This document shows positions 30,964 to 39,772 of a DNA stretch of 64,000 bases, one piece after another. Within the stretch, counting starts at the first letter, position 1. The number at the start of each line of letters is the position of its first letter. Below the pieces are notes generated by a model. That model was not told the origin of the DNA and made no database searches. It was given only the letters and a program-made list of their open reading frames with translations. The stretch lies in assembly GCA_963833095.1 (NCBI GenBank), contig CAWHWQ010000004.1:64001-128000 (forward strand), in the 5' to 3' direction. The DNA comes from Vulcanimicrobiota bacterium (lineage in GTDB: Bacteria > Vulcanimicrobiota > Vulcanimicrobiia > Vulcanimicrobiales > Vulcanimicrobiaceae). Both the position numbers and the translations under genes were made by a program.

Positions 30964-31601
30964 AGCGTAAAGGCAACGATCGAGGTGGTCTTGGGATCGT
31001 TGCACCAGAAGCGTTGTCCGTCGTGCGCGAGTGAGATCGCTGCGAACGGCAGGGAAGCAACGACATCGACGCTATCTCCGTTCACCCGGCCGAGTTTTGG
31101 GCCGCCCTCTTTTCCGTACCAGAGCGACGCGTAGAGCCATCCGTCGACAAAGGTGATTCCGAGAATCTGCCCCCCAGCCGTAATCTCCCGACGAATGTTC
31201 GCGTTTGCGTCGAGTAAGAGGATGCGCCTGTTGAAGCGTTGGCTGAGCCAGAGTGACTCGCCGTCGTAAGCCAGAAATGATCCGGTGTCATCAGGACACG
31301 CGATCTTATCGCGCTCCTTGAAGCCGTGTCCGGGAATGTAACGCCTGATGAAGCGATGGTCGTCCTCGCCGCCCTCGCTCAGCACACCGCGCAGCTCTTC
31401 GCCGACGGCAACCAAGCTCACCGGCTTGCCCGGCGCGGGACGCTCCTCGAAGACAGTGAAGTGCGCGCGATCGATTCCGTAGATGCGCTGCGTCTCCCAT
31501 GAACCCATCCAGAGATGCTCGCCCGCGCACGCGAGCGCCTGAGGCGCTGGCGCCGGGGAGGGCATGCGCAGAACTTCTTCAATCGTCGTCGCTTGTTCCA
31601 T
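30960..31601 (-). CDS. Hypothetical beta-propeller protein
   Basis: Repeated LAxDGxxLW blade-like motifs. Confidence 0.65.
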   Translation of the reverse strand: MEQATTIEEVLRMPSPAPAPQALACAGEHLWMGSWETQRIYGIDRAHFTVFEERPAPGKPVSLVAVGEELRGVLSEGGEDDHRFIRRYIPGHGFKERDKIACPDDTGSFLAYDGESLWLSQRFNRRILLLDANANIRREITAGGQILGITFVDGWLYASLWYGKEGGPKLGRVNGDSVDVVASLPFAAISLAHDGQRFWCNDPKTTSIVAFTL

Positions 31602-31665
31602 GAGGCGCGCTTCGACTCGAGGTCACCGTCCCCCGCAGGTACGGTCCGCTCCCGGGAATAATCGT

Positions 31666-31694
31666 TTGACGCCGCCAGGGGCCTTTGCTATAGT
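31666..31694 (+). promoter_or_regulatory. Sigma70-type promoter for tRNA-Val(GAC)
   Basis: TTGACG-17 bp-TATAGT with an extended -10 TG. Confidence 0.8.
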
Positions 31695-31710
31695 CTTGCG
31701 AGCCCGAGGC

Positions 31711-31777
31711 GCATCTGCAGGATGCAGATGCTGTTTTCAAGCCACCAGGGCGGTCCCGCGAAGCGGAATGAAAATAC
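31711..31777 (+). other. Structured tRNA leader (copy 2)
   Basis: GCATCTGC-AGGAT-GCAGATGC CTGTT..CAAGCCA..GGCGGTC; aligns with 30152-30220 (minus strand). Confidence 0.65.
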
Positions 31778-31852
31778 GTGCGTGTAGCTCAGTGGGAGAG
31801 CACCACCTTGACACGGTGGGGGTCGTAGGTTCAATCCCTACCACGCACACCA
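31778..31852 (+). tRNA. tRNA-Val(GAC)
   Basis: GTGCGTGTAGCTCAGTGGGAGAGC..TTGACAC..GGTTCAATCCC..ACCA. Confidence 0.96.
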
Positions 31853-32097
31853 TTTCATCGGTCCTTCGGACCGAACGACATCCTGTCTTGACATTCAGCG
31901 TCGCCTTCCAAGGGCGACACACCATTTCATCGGTCCTTCGGACCGAACGACATCCTGTCTTGACATTCAGCGTCGCCTTCCAAGGGCGACACACCATTTC
32001 ATCGGTCCTTCGGACCGAACGACATCCTGTCTTGACATTCAGCGCCGCCTTCCAGGGCGACGCACCATTTTTCCATCACCGTCCAGGTGACGCACCA
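31846..32097 (+). repeat. tRNA-linked tandem repeat: three units of about 72 bp plus a short degenerate unit, each ending in CRCACCA
   Basis: CACACCA at 31846, 31918, 31990; CGCACCA at 32061, 32091; units 1 and 2 are identical. Confidence 0.92.
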
Positions 32098-32106
32098 CTT
32101 TTTTCC

Positions 32107-33414
32107 TTAGTACGCCTGGCCTTTGAGCTCGACGAAAATGCGGCCGCCGCCTTTGCCGTATGAAAGGTCGACGCGTAGCAGGTGATACATTACGCCGACA
32201 CCCGTGTCGGGATGCCACGTAAAGTACGGCGACGCATTGGCGTTTGCGCTTTGACGCACGCGGCTCGCAGCCGTTTCCGTGAACACGACGAACTCCAAGG
32301 GCCGATTCTTGGCATCGTTGAGCCGAAATTCTGCGACTGCGCCTTCGGCGTCGGTTCCACAAAACGATTTCGGATAGGCGCGCGCCGTCGCGCACACCAA
32401 AAAGCTGTCGGGAACAACGCCGCCCGTGCGCGCCAGATTCCCGTGCACTACAAACGTCGACGACCCTACGGCAAAGTAGCGTGCAATGTCGGCCGCGAAG
32501 ACGCGATACGTCGATGTCGCCCCGAGGCCGCCGATCGCATCAGTCGCCGTGAAACGATATTGAAAGCCGCAGTATGGCGGATACCACTGCGTCGCAGGGG
32601 TGGTGCAGCCGTGCGAGAGCCCAGCGAGCAGCTGTGTCGTGCGCGCCGGCGCCTGATAGGTCGAATAAACCGAGGGCGCAACGATATTGGATGGCAATTC
32701 ATCGGTTGTATGCGCGACGCGCACGCCGGCTTGGACCTGCGTGCCGGTAGTGCGCTGCGAAAGGAAGAGCGCCTCCTCCCCCGCAGTCCAGCTATACACG
32801 TTGACCGCCTCAGGCTCACTGGCGCGGAAAACTCCGCGACCGCCAAACGCGTCAACGATGAGCGAGTTCGCGCGCCCCGTGCCGGGATTCACGGTTAGCG
32901 GGTCGGTGTAGAGCACGCGCGCGAGGTTCGCGCGGCGGCTGAGTTGTGTGTACGTCGAGAAGTTGCTGCCGTGCGTATCGACCGGCGGTCCCGTCACGAT
33001 AAATCCAACGCCTTGAATTGCGGCCGACAACGGCTGATCGCCATAGAACGGATGCTCCGTTGGCTTGAGCCACTTATTCATGACGATCCAGTGAAGCCGT
33101 ACGCGTGATGGTTGCTCGCCGGTATCGACGGTTACGCGCGCAATAAACCCGCCGAGGCGCTGGAGATTATTGAAGTCGCGATTGAGCGCGCGTTGGCTCA
33201 ACTGCGAGCCGGCATGAAGCGTCAGATAGCGCCGCACCGTGACCGGCTTGACGATACCGTAGGTCTTGATCGTCACGTCTTCGATCGTTGCGCCGTCTTG
33301 AAGCGCCGACACGATTGGTAGACCCACCGGGCTTTGGGCTCTGATTTGACACGGAAAAAGAAACAGCGCCGCGAACAACGCGGCGGCACAAAGCCGGACG
33401 CCCGAATGATTCAT
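32107..33414 (-). CDS. Omp85/BamA-superfamily-like outer-membrane protein (one POTRA domain plus barrel)
   Basis: Signal peptide, POTRA-like IEDVTI..VRRYL..LNRDFNNLQRLG, beta-rich C-terminus ending in an aromatic residue (GQAY). Confidence 0.6.
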   Translation of the reverse strand: MNHSGVRLCAAALFAALFLFPCQIRAQSPVGLPIVSALQDGATIEDVTIKTYGIVKPVTVRRYLTLHAGSQLSQRALNRDFNNLQRLGGFIARVTVDTGEQPSRVRLHWIVMNKWLKPTEHPFYGDQPLSAAIQGVGFIVTGPPVDTHGSNFSTYTQLSRRANLARVLYTDPLTVNPGTGRANSLIVDAFGGRGVFRASEPEAVNVYSWTAGEEALFLSQRTTGTQVQAGVRVAHTTDELPSNIVAPSVYSTYQAPARTTQLLAGLSHGCTTPATQWYPPYCGFQYRFTATDAIGGLGATSTYRVFAADIARYFAVGSSTFVVHGNLARTGGVVPDSFLVCATARAYPKSFCGTDAEGAVAEFRLNDAKNRPLEFVVFTETAASRVRQSANANASPYFTWHPDTGVGVMYHLLRVDLSYGKGGGRIFVELKGQAY

Positions 33415-33464
33415 AGAGTTGGGCTGCTAGCTCCGCTCCCGGACCGCCGTTCTCCTTCGCTACG

Positions 33465-34793
33465 CTAGCCGCGACACTGGGTCCAACTCGGGTCACCAAG
33501 CGGGGCAAGGTCGACCGGCGCATCGCTCGCGTTTGTCCAGTCGTGCTGCACGAAACCGCGCTGCGCGAGTCGATGCGCGAGCGTTGCGAGCCGGCTTAGC
33601 GGCACGCTGCAATCGTCACCAGAGCAGTCCGGCATATGGATAGGGCTCGTCGCAATACCGCCGGCAATCGAGCCTGCACTGCGAAACTGCGCGAGCGTTT
33701 GGTAGACAAAATGCAGGTGCACGCGGTAGTCGCCCGATGGCAAGCGATACAACTCGAAGACCAGTGCGCCTCCCGGCGGCATATCGTCGGGCACGAGGCC
33801 GCTGCCAAGCGCCCAGTGCGCGTCGAGGATGCCGCCCAGCGCACCGAGCTGGGTGTCATGACCCGAAAGGATCATCACACTCGACCGCGAGATGTCGGGG
33901 ACGCTGACGTCGGGATCCGGAATGCCGGCTTTGGCTTCGAGCGCACCGACGATGTGCGCGAAAACGTTGCTGCCTTTCACGAGCGGATTGTACGCGTTGC
34001 GCGCGTTCACGTCGTAGGCGAGCACATGCAGCCTCATGGCCTGCGCAAGTTTCGTCGGATCGATGGCGGGTGCGCACTGTGCTTGTTCAAGAAAAAGTGA
34101 CTCGGCGTAACTCGAGCCGGCGTCGAGCGGGCCCCGCAGCTCGGCGAGGCCGCCGGCCCTGGCGGTGATGTCGCTCGGGCCGGCATCGGCCGGCGTGCAC
34201 GCGCCGCCGCAGCGCGCGTCCAGCAACGATTGCACTGCCGCGAATTGGTCGGCGTGCTCCGCTACGATCGCCGACGGTGGATTGGGAGCCGCGGCGGCGA
34301 CTGCCGCGCGTGAAGCAGCGGTGTCGACGTTTCCGGCCGGGATGAGCCAGTCGGCGCCATCGAACAGCGGATCGTTGATGCCCGCACCCATCGTCGCCTT
34401 GTGATAGAGAGGCAACGCGTTCGGGGAGCCGCAGGCGCCATCTATTAGCGCACGGCCTGTTTCGAGCGTTCGCTGATCGACATCAGCGTAGACGTAGGTG
34501 CCGCGCGAGCCGCAGCCCATCGATAGCCCAATCGACGAAAAATATGAGCGGTAGTACCGGCCAAGCTGCATCACGAGCCTGTAGCCGTGTTCACTTAGGT
34601 ACCCTGGCGCAACCGGCGACCAGTCGGGCCAGGTATATTGCGCCGGGGTTTTGGTAAAGCTCCGCACACCGTGGCGCGTCATCACTACGGCAAAAACCGG
34701 AGTGCCGCGTTCGTTCGCCGCAGGTGTCGCAGCGCTCGCGGCCACGAGTAGCAGCGCGGCCAAGATCGTCGCTCGTATGATCACGTGGTCCAT
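33465..34793 (-). CDS. Secreted histidine acid phosphatase / phytase (AppA/Agp-like)
   Basis: RHGVR, ADVDQRT, GHDTQ, PPGGALVFELY. Confidence 0.88.
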   Translation of the reverse strand: MDHVIIRATILAALLLVAASAATPAANERGTPVFAVVMTRHGVRSFTKTPAQYTWPDWSPVAPGYLSEHGYRLVMQLGRYYRSYFSSIGLSMGCGSRGTYVYADVDQRTLETGRALIDGACGSPNALPLYHKATMGAGINDPLFDGADWLIPAGNVDTAASRAAVAAAAPNPPSAIVAEHADQFAAVQSLLDARCGGACTPADAGPSDITARAGGLAELRGPLDAGSSYAESLFLEQAQCAPAIDPTKLAQAMRLHVLAYDVNARNAYNPLVKGSNVFAHIVGALEAKAGIPDPDVSVPDISRSSVMILSGHDTQLGALGGILDAHWALGSGLVPDDMPPGGALVFELYRLPSGDYRVHLHFVYQTLAQFRSAGSIAGGIATSPIHMPDCSGDDCSVPLSRLATLAHRLAQRGFVQHDWTNASDAPVDLAPLGDPSWTQCRG

Positions 34794-34921
34794 TCAAACA
34801 GGCCGCCATGACAAGCAGATGAACTCACGCTGCACCTTCTTCATACTCCGTTAATGTGCGGCATGACGCAGCAACTTGAGTGCGAAGAGTCGTGTATACC
34901 TATCTGTCGGGAGGGTCGTTT

Positions 34922-36619
34922 GTGAAGCGCTTCCTCGTTGCGTGTTGCACCTGTCTTGCACTTCTAGCATCATCCGTACCGTCGCCAGCGCAAGTTTTGC
35001 CGGCTGCGCCGCAGGTCGATCCGGCGCTGCTGGCGCTCGTGCGTTCGAAGGTCAAGCACGTCTTCGTGATCTATCAGGAGAACCGATCGTTCGATTCATA
35101 TTTTGGCTCTTTTCCCGGCGCCGATAATCTTTCAACGACCTTTGCGCAAACGCAAGGCTTTCGCCAATACGACCCGCTCGGCAATCAGTGGGTGACGCCG
35201 TTTCGCATAACTAGCCCGGATACCGCAGACGCCGATCATTCGCGGCCGGCGCTAATCACCAAGAGCGACGGCGGCCGCATGGATCTCTTCGTAAGCACCG
35301 AGGAGTTCGCTCTGCTGGCCAAGGGCTATTCGCGCGAAGACGCGCAACGTGTCGGCCTACTCACGATGGCCTTCGAAGACTGCGACACGATCCCATACCT
35401 CTGGATGTACGCTCGCAACTTCACCCTCTTCGATCACTTTTTCCAGGCAATGTACGGACCGTCAACGCCGGGCAACATCGATCTGATCGCGGCACAAACC
35501 GGCCAGTCGCAGTGGGCGCGCCACGGCGACGAACAGGTTGCATCCAACTCCGTCGGCCCGGGCGTTCCGGTGGTCAACGATACGGCCCCCAGCTTTGGGC
35601 CCTATGGCAACGGCGCTAATCCGCTCCCTGGAACGGCGCAAGACGATCTCGGTTTCGCTACGTTAATGCTCTCGCTCTCGGGCAAAGAGGCGATTAATGC
35701 CAAACGCGACGACGACGACATCAAGGACGACGTTGCGGATCTTGCACGGCAGGGCCACGAAGCGGTGCCCTGGGGCTGGTACCAAGAGGGCTTCGCCTTC
35801 AAAAAAGGCGCAACGAACAATCCGGCCTATATCACTCATCACAATGCCGTGCAATACTTCGGCTATCTGCGCCAGAATGCGTACTATTGGAACGGCGTGC
35901 ACGACGTCAAGGAGTTGATCCCGCGCATCGAGCAGGGAACGCTCGGCGATCGCGGCGTGGTCTTTGTCAAAGGCGGCTACATCGATCCATTCGGATTCAA
36001 ACCGGCTGATCCCAATCCGTACGTCCAAACCTATTTCAACGGTGATGACGATCACCCGGGCTACTCGGACTCGCAGATCTCGCAAGCATTTGTCGCCGAA
36101 TTCGTCAATGCGATTGCCAAGAGCAAATACTGGAAAGACTCGATCATCCTCATCACGTGGGACGATTCCGAGGGCTTCTACGACCATTCGGCGCCGCCCA
36201 ATTTTGAGCGCTGTCCCGACGGACACCCCTGCGGCGATGGGCCGCGCGTGCCGGCCATCATCATTTCGCCGTTCGCGCGCGATCATGCGATCGACCGCGA
36301 TCTTTCGGATCACACGTCGTTTGCCAAGATGATCAGCAAGATCTTCAATACGCCCGCATTGGCGACACTTCCGGACGAAGCGCCGTATCTGCCCGAAGGA
36401 CCACGTGACACCAATCCGGCGCTCTCGGATCTACTCTCCGCGCTCGATCCCGAGCGACTCTCCGGCACCAAAGAACCGATCCCCGCGAGCGCCGCGATCG
36501 TTGATGACATCGGCGTTCCGCCCAAGATGTCGTGTTCAACGCTGGGGATTCGACCGGACGTCGTTCCCGGCGCCGATAAAGTCCCCGCCGGGTTCGCGCC
36601 CTTGACGTTAGAGCACTAG
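34922..36619 (+). CDS. Secreted phosphoesterase (phospholipase C / AcpA family)
   Basis: KHVFVIYQENRSFDSYFG, GPSTPG, DDHPG, WDDSEGFYDH, GPRVP, DHTS. Confidence 0.88.
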   Translation: MKRFLVACCTCLALLASSVPSPAQVLPAAPQVDPALLALVRSKVKHVFVIYQENRSFDSYFGSFPGADNLSTTFAQTQGFRQYDPLGNQWVTPFRITSPDTADADHSRPALITKSDGGRMDLFVSTEEFALLAKGYSREDAQRVGLLTMAFEDCDTIPYLWMYARNFTLFDHFFQAMYGPSTPGNIDLIAAQTGQSQWARHGDEQVASNSVGPGVPVVNDTAPSFGPYGNGANPLPGTAQDDLGFATLMLSLSGKEAINAKRDDDDIKDDVADLARQGHEAVPWGWYQEGFAFKKGATNNPAYITHHNAVQYFGYLRQNAYYWNGVHDVKELIPRIEQGTLGDRGVVFVKGGYIDPFGFKPADPNPYVQTYFNGDDDHPGYSDSQISQAFVAEFVNAIAKSKYWKDSIILITWDDSEGFYDHSAPPNFERCPDGHPCGDGPRVPAIIISPFARDHAIDRDLSDHTSFAKMISKIFNTPALATLPDEAPYLPEGPRDTNPALSDLLSALDPERLSGTKEPIPASAAIVDDIGVPPKMSCSTLGIRPDVVPGADKVPAGFAPLTLEH

Positions 36620-37479
36620 CGCTGGCGGTTGCCGCCGAGTTTGTACTCCACGTAACTGCGCGCGAGCAGGTTCGTGAGGAAGACGAAGATCATCAGCAGC
36701 GCAGCGGCTGCGTACGCAAGTTGATGCGACTCTTCGAACGGCTGGCTGATGTACGTCCACACGACGTACGTCAGGTAGCCGACCGGCGAGTGCGTCAGCG
36801 CAAGCGTCGGGGCATAGTTCGACCACCCCGCGGTGTAGATCAACGGCGCGGTTTCACCCAGGCCGATGCCGGTTGCTACCAGCACACCGGTGAGGATGCC
36901 GGGAAGCGCATACGGGAAGTTGATCGACGACACGACCATGGCCGGGCGCGCGCCGAGCGCTACCGCACCCTCTTTTAATTCGCGCGGCACATTGGTAAGC
37001 GCAACGTCGGCGGCTCGCACCACGTACGGCAACATGAAGATCCCAAGCGCCAGTGAGCCCGCGACCAGCGAAAATCCCCATCCCGCTTCTTCGACCAGCG
37101 CGACGTAGAGAAAATAGCCGACGACGATCGACGGAATACCGGCCAGCACGTCGACCATGAAGCGGATGACTTTCTTGGCCCATTGCGGTGCGAATTCGAC
37201 GGTCCAAATCGCCGTTCCGAGGCCGACAACGATCACCATTATCAGGCCAAGCGCCACGAGCATGAACGTGCCTTCAATGGCGTTCGAGAGGCCGCCCGCG
37301 ATGCCGTGGGTCGGCGTGAAGAGGAGTTGCGGCTTGAGCGCGGGCAAACCGCGCGCCATCACAAAGGCGAAGATCGCAAAAAGCACGCCGATTACTGCAA
37401 CCAAACATGCAACCGAGAGCGACCACCATGCACGGCTGGCGTAGGTCTTCGGCGAGAGCCCGCCAGTTAGTGTAGCCAT
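36616..37479 (-). CDS. pstA: Phosphate ABC transporter permease PstA
   Basis: LAGIPSIVVG, EGAVALG, GETAPL. Confidence 0.93.
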   Translation of the reverse strand: MATLTGGLSPKTYASRAWWSLSVACLVAVIGVLFAIFAFVMARGLPALKPQLLFTPTHGIAGGLSNAIEGTFMLVALGLIMVIVVGLGTAIWTVEFAPQWAKKVIRFMVDVLAGIPSIVVGYFLYVALVEEAGWGFSLVAGSLALGIFMLPYVVRAADVALTNVPRELKEGAVALGARPAMVVSSINFPYALPGILTGVLVATGIGLGETAPLIYTAGWSNYAPTLALTHSPVGYLTYVVWTYISQPFEESHQLAYAAAALLMIFVFLTNLLARSYVEYKLGGNRQR

Positions 37480-38522
37480 TACTGATGCGCTCCTTCGCGA
37501 CGATCCGCACCACGCATGATGCTGCGCGCGATGATGTTGACCAGTAGCGTGATAATGAACAGCACGCAGGCGAGTTCCGCGAGCGAGCGCTGCGCCATAC
37601 CGGTGGAATCGGTTAACGCCGACTCGAGCTGCGAGACGATTACGGCAGCGATCGTATTCACCGGCGAGAAGAAATTCTGCGGGAACGTGTTTATGGCGGC
37701 ACCGCAGACCATCAACACGGCGATCGTTTCTCCGAGTGCTCTACCGAACGAAAGCAGGATCGACGCAACGATACCGGCGCGCACACTTGGCAGTACCGCG
37801 CGAACCATAGCCTGCCAACTCGTGCTGCCCAGCGCCATGCTCGCTTCGAAGAGCGAGTTCGATTGCGCCAAAATCACGTCACGCGTCGTCGCGACCATAA
37901 TCGGAATCACCATCAACGAAAGGATGAAGACCGCGGCGGCCAGGCCATTTCCGCTGCCCGCCGATCCGCCTAAGAATGGAATAAACCCAAGATGCGCCGT
38001 TACCCACGGCGCCAGCGATCCCCCGATCCATGGCACGAGCACCACCAGCCCCCACAGGCCATACACGACCGACGGAACACCGGCCATCAACTCAACTAGT
38101 GCGTTGGCTAGCGGCCGGAGCTGGCGCGGCACGCGATAGACCAACGAGAGCGCGACCATCATCGAAAGCGGCACGGCGAAAACCATGGTGAGCAACGCGG
38201 TGACGGTCGAACCATAGATGAAGACCAGTGCGCCAAACGACGCGCCTGGTGGTCCCGAGAAGCCGTTGCGTGTGGTGACGCCGTTGCCGTATTGGTTGCC
38301 GATGTTCCAGATTTGGCTTGTAAGGAATTCGAAGCCGTTGAAGCGGATCGCCGGATAAGCATAGGCGATCAAAAAGAACAGCATCAAAAAGATAATCAGG
38401 AAACTGATCAGCGCGCCGATGCCGGTGATCACGCGCAAAAATGCCTGGGCGCCCAATCGTTGCAAGAGCGCGGGGGATACCGCTTTCGCGGTATCCCCAA
38501 TATGTAGGTCCATCGCAGCCAT
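37479..38522 (-). CDS. pstC: Phosphate ABC transporter permease PstC
   Basis: ELMAGVPSVVYGLWG, RALGETIAV. Confidence 0.93.
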   Translation of the reverse strand: MAAMDLHIGDTAKAVSPALLQRLGAQAFLRVITGIGALISFLIIFLMLFFLIAYAYPAIRFNGFEFLTSQIWNIGNQYGNGVTTRNGFSGPPGASFGALVFIYGSTVTALLTMVFAVPLSMMVALSLVYRVPRQLRPLANALVELMAGVPSVVYGLWGLVVLVPWIGGSLAPWVTAHLGFIPFLGGSAGSGNGLAAAVFILSLMVIPIMVATTRDVILAQSNSLFEASMALGSTSWQAMVRAVLPSVRAGIVASILLSFGRALGETIAVLMVCGAAINTFPQNFFSPVNTIAAVIVSQLESALTDSTGMAQRSLAELACVLFIITLLVNIIARSIMRGADRREGAHQ

Positions 38523-38528
38523 GAAAGG

Positions 38529-39572
38529 CTATTGGATCTTTGCTATTTGCGCCCGGCTGAGCTTCTGGATGGATGCGGGCAGCGGGAGGAAGTGCACGGC
38601 ACCTAGGAATTTGCTGCTCTGACCCTCACTCAGTGACCAATCGAGGAATTTCTTCAGCTCGGCGGCCTTTGCCGGATCGCCTTGCTTCGGATTGACGATC
38701 GCGTATTCGTAGTTGATGATGGGGTACGAATTTTCGCCCGGCGCGAAGATGAGCGAGATCCGCTCGTCCGGCGGCGTCGCTTTGTCCGTTGCAGCGGCTG
38801 CTGCGCCGATGTTCGACTCGGTCGGAAGAACGAACTTGCCGGCTTGGTTCTGGAGGGCGGCGTAGCCCAGCCCGGCCTTCTCTGTTTGGTTGAGGAAGCT
38901 CACGCCGATGTACGCAATCGAACCGGCTGTATTCTGGCAGGTTTGCACCATGCCCGGATTGCCGGTCGCGCCGACCCCGGTCGCAACCGCCGGCCAGCTG
39001 ATCGTGGTGCCGTATCCGGGGCCGCTTGCCCACGACGGCGTTGACTTGCTCAGATATTGCGTGAAGATGAACGTGTCGCCCGAGCCGTCAGCGCGGTGGA
39101 TCGGCACGATCTGCGTGTGCGGAAGCTTCGCGCTCTTATTGGCTTCCTTGATCTTCGCGTCATCCCAGTACTGAATTTGCCCCGAATAGATCGCGGCGAG
39201 CACCGGACCCGAGAGGTTCAAGTGAACGTTGTTCAAGCCCGGAATATTGTAGTTGATCTGTTGCGCAGAAATTGCGAGCGGAATGTTGAGCATCGGGCTA
39301 TTTTTGATTTGGGCATCGGCCATGTAGGCATCCGATGCGCCGATTTGTGCAACGCCCGAGATCGCTTGCGAAATGCCGGTGCCGCTACCGGTGCCCTGCG
39401 TCGTGATCTGCACGTCGCTGTGGGCTTGTTGATAGGCGGCGACCCAAAGATTCATCAACGGATAGACCAGTGTCGAACCCGTCTCCAGCAAGTCCGTTGC
39501 CGCGAGCGCGCGCCCGCCGACGGACACGAGCAATAACGCCCCGAGAGCCAGCGCCAAGGTCTTACGCATCAA
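38529..39572 (-). CDS. pstS: Phosphate-binding protein PstS
   Basis: GSTLVYP, GSGTG, GASDA, RADGSGDT, YPIINYEY. Confidence 0.95.
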   Translation of the reverse strand: MMRKTLALALGALLLVSVGGRALAATDLLETGSTLVYPLMNLWVAAYQQAHSDVQITTQGTGSGTGISQAISGVAQIGASDAYMADAQIKNSPMLNIPLAISAQQINYNIPGLNNVHLNLSGPVLAAIYSGQIQYWDDAKIKEANKSAKLPHTQIVPIHRADGSGDTFIFTQYLSKSTPSWASGPGYGTTISWPAVATGVGATGNPGMVQTCQNTAGSIAYIGVSFLNQTEKAGLGYAALQNQAGKFVLPTESNIGAAAAATDKATPPDERISLIFAPGENSYPIINYEYAIVNPKQGDPAKAAELKKFLDWSLSEGQSSKFLGAVHFLPLPASIQKLSRAQIAKIQ

Positions 39573-39650
39573 GAAAAACTCCTAGAAAGCACGTGGGAGT
39601 AGTCAAGCAGTGATAAAACCGCTCTAACACTTGGTATCGTGAAGCGCGCA

Positions 39651-39690
39651 AACTAAAGTGGCCTTAAAGCCGCCTTATCGGTGCCTTAAG
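39651..39690 (-). promoter_or_regulatory. Putative Pho box (11-bp-period direct repeats) upstream of pstS
   Basis: CCTTAA/CCTTAT/CCTTAA at 39662, 39673, 39684, plus AACTAA at 39651. Confidence 0.6.
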
Positions 39691-39772
39691 CTTCCTATCT
39701 GTGGACAGCGACCCGCAGTTCGACTGGACCGTCTAAGGAGCGTCGCGAGCCCTTGACGAAACGGCCCCCGGT

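Noticed and set aside
31846..32097. CRISPR array
   Set aside because: Units are essentially identical along their whole length, with no unique spacers and no cas genes in the window.
31778..39600. Genomic island integrated at tRNA-Val
   Set aside because: No integrase and no distal duplicate of the tRNA 3' end were seen; only the local 7-nt CRCACCA copies.
39708..39750. tRNA-mimic or T-box leader of thrS (GCGAC..GTCGC stem containing CAG-TTCGA-CTG and CGT)
   Set aside because: No T-box consensus (AAGGTGG(A/T)ACC), weak pairing, and arm order that is not tRNA-like; could be chance in GC-rich DNA.
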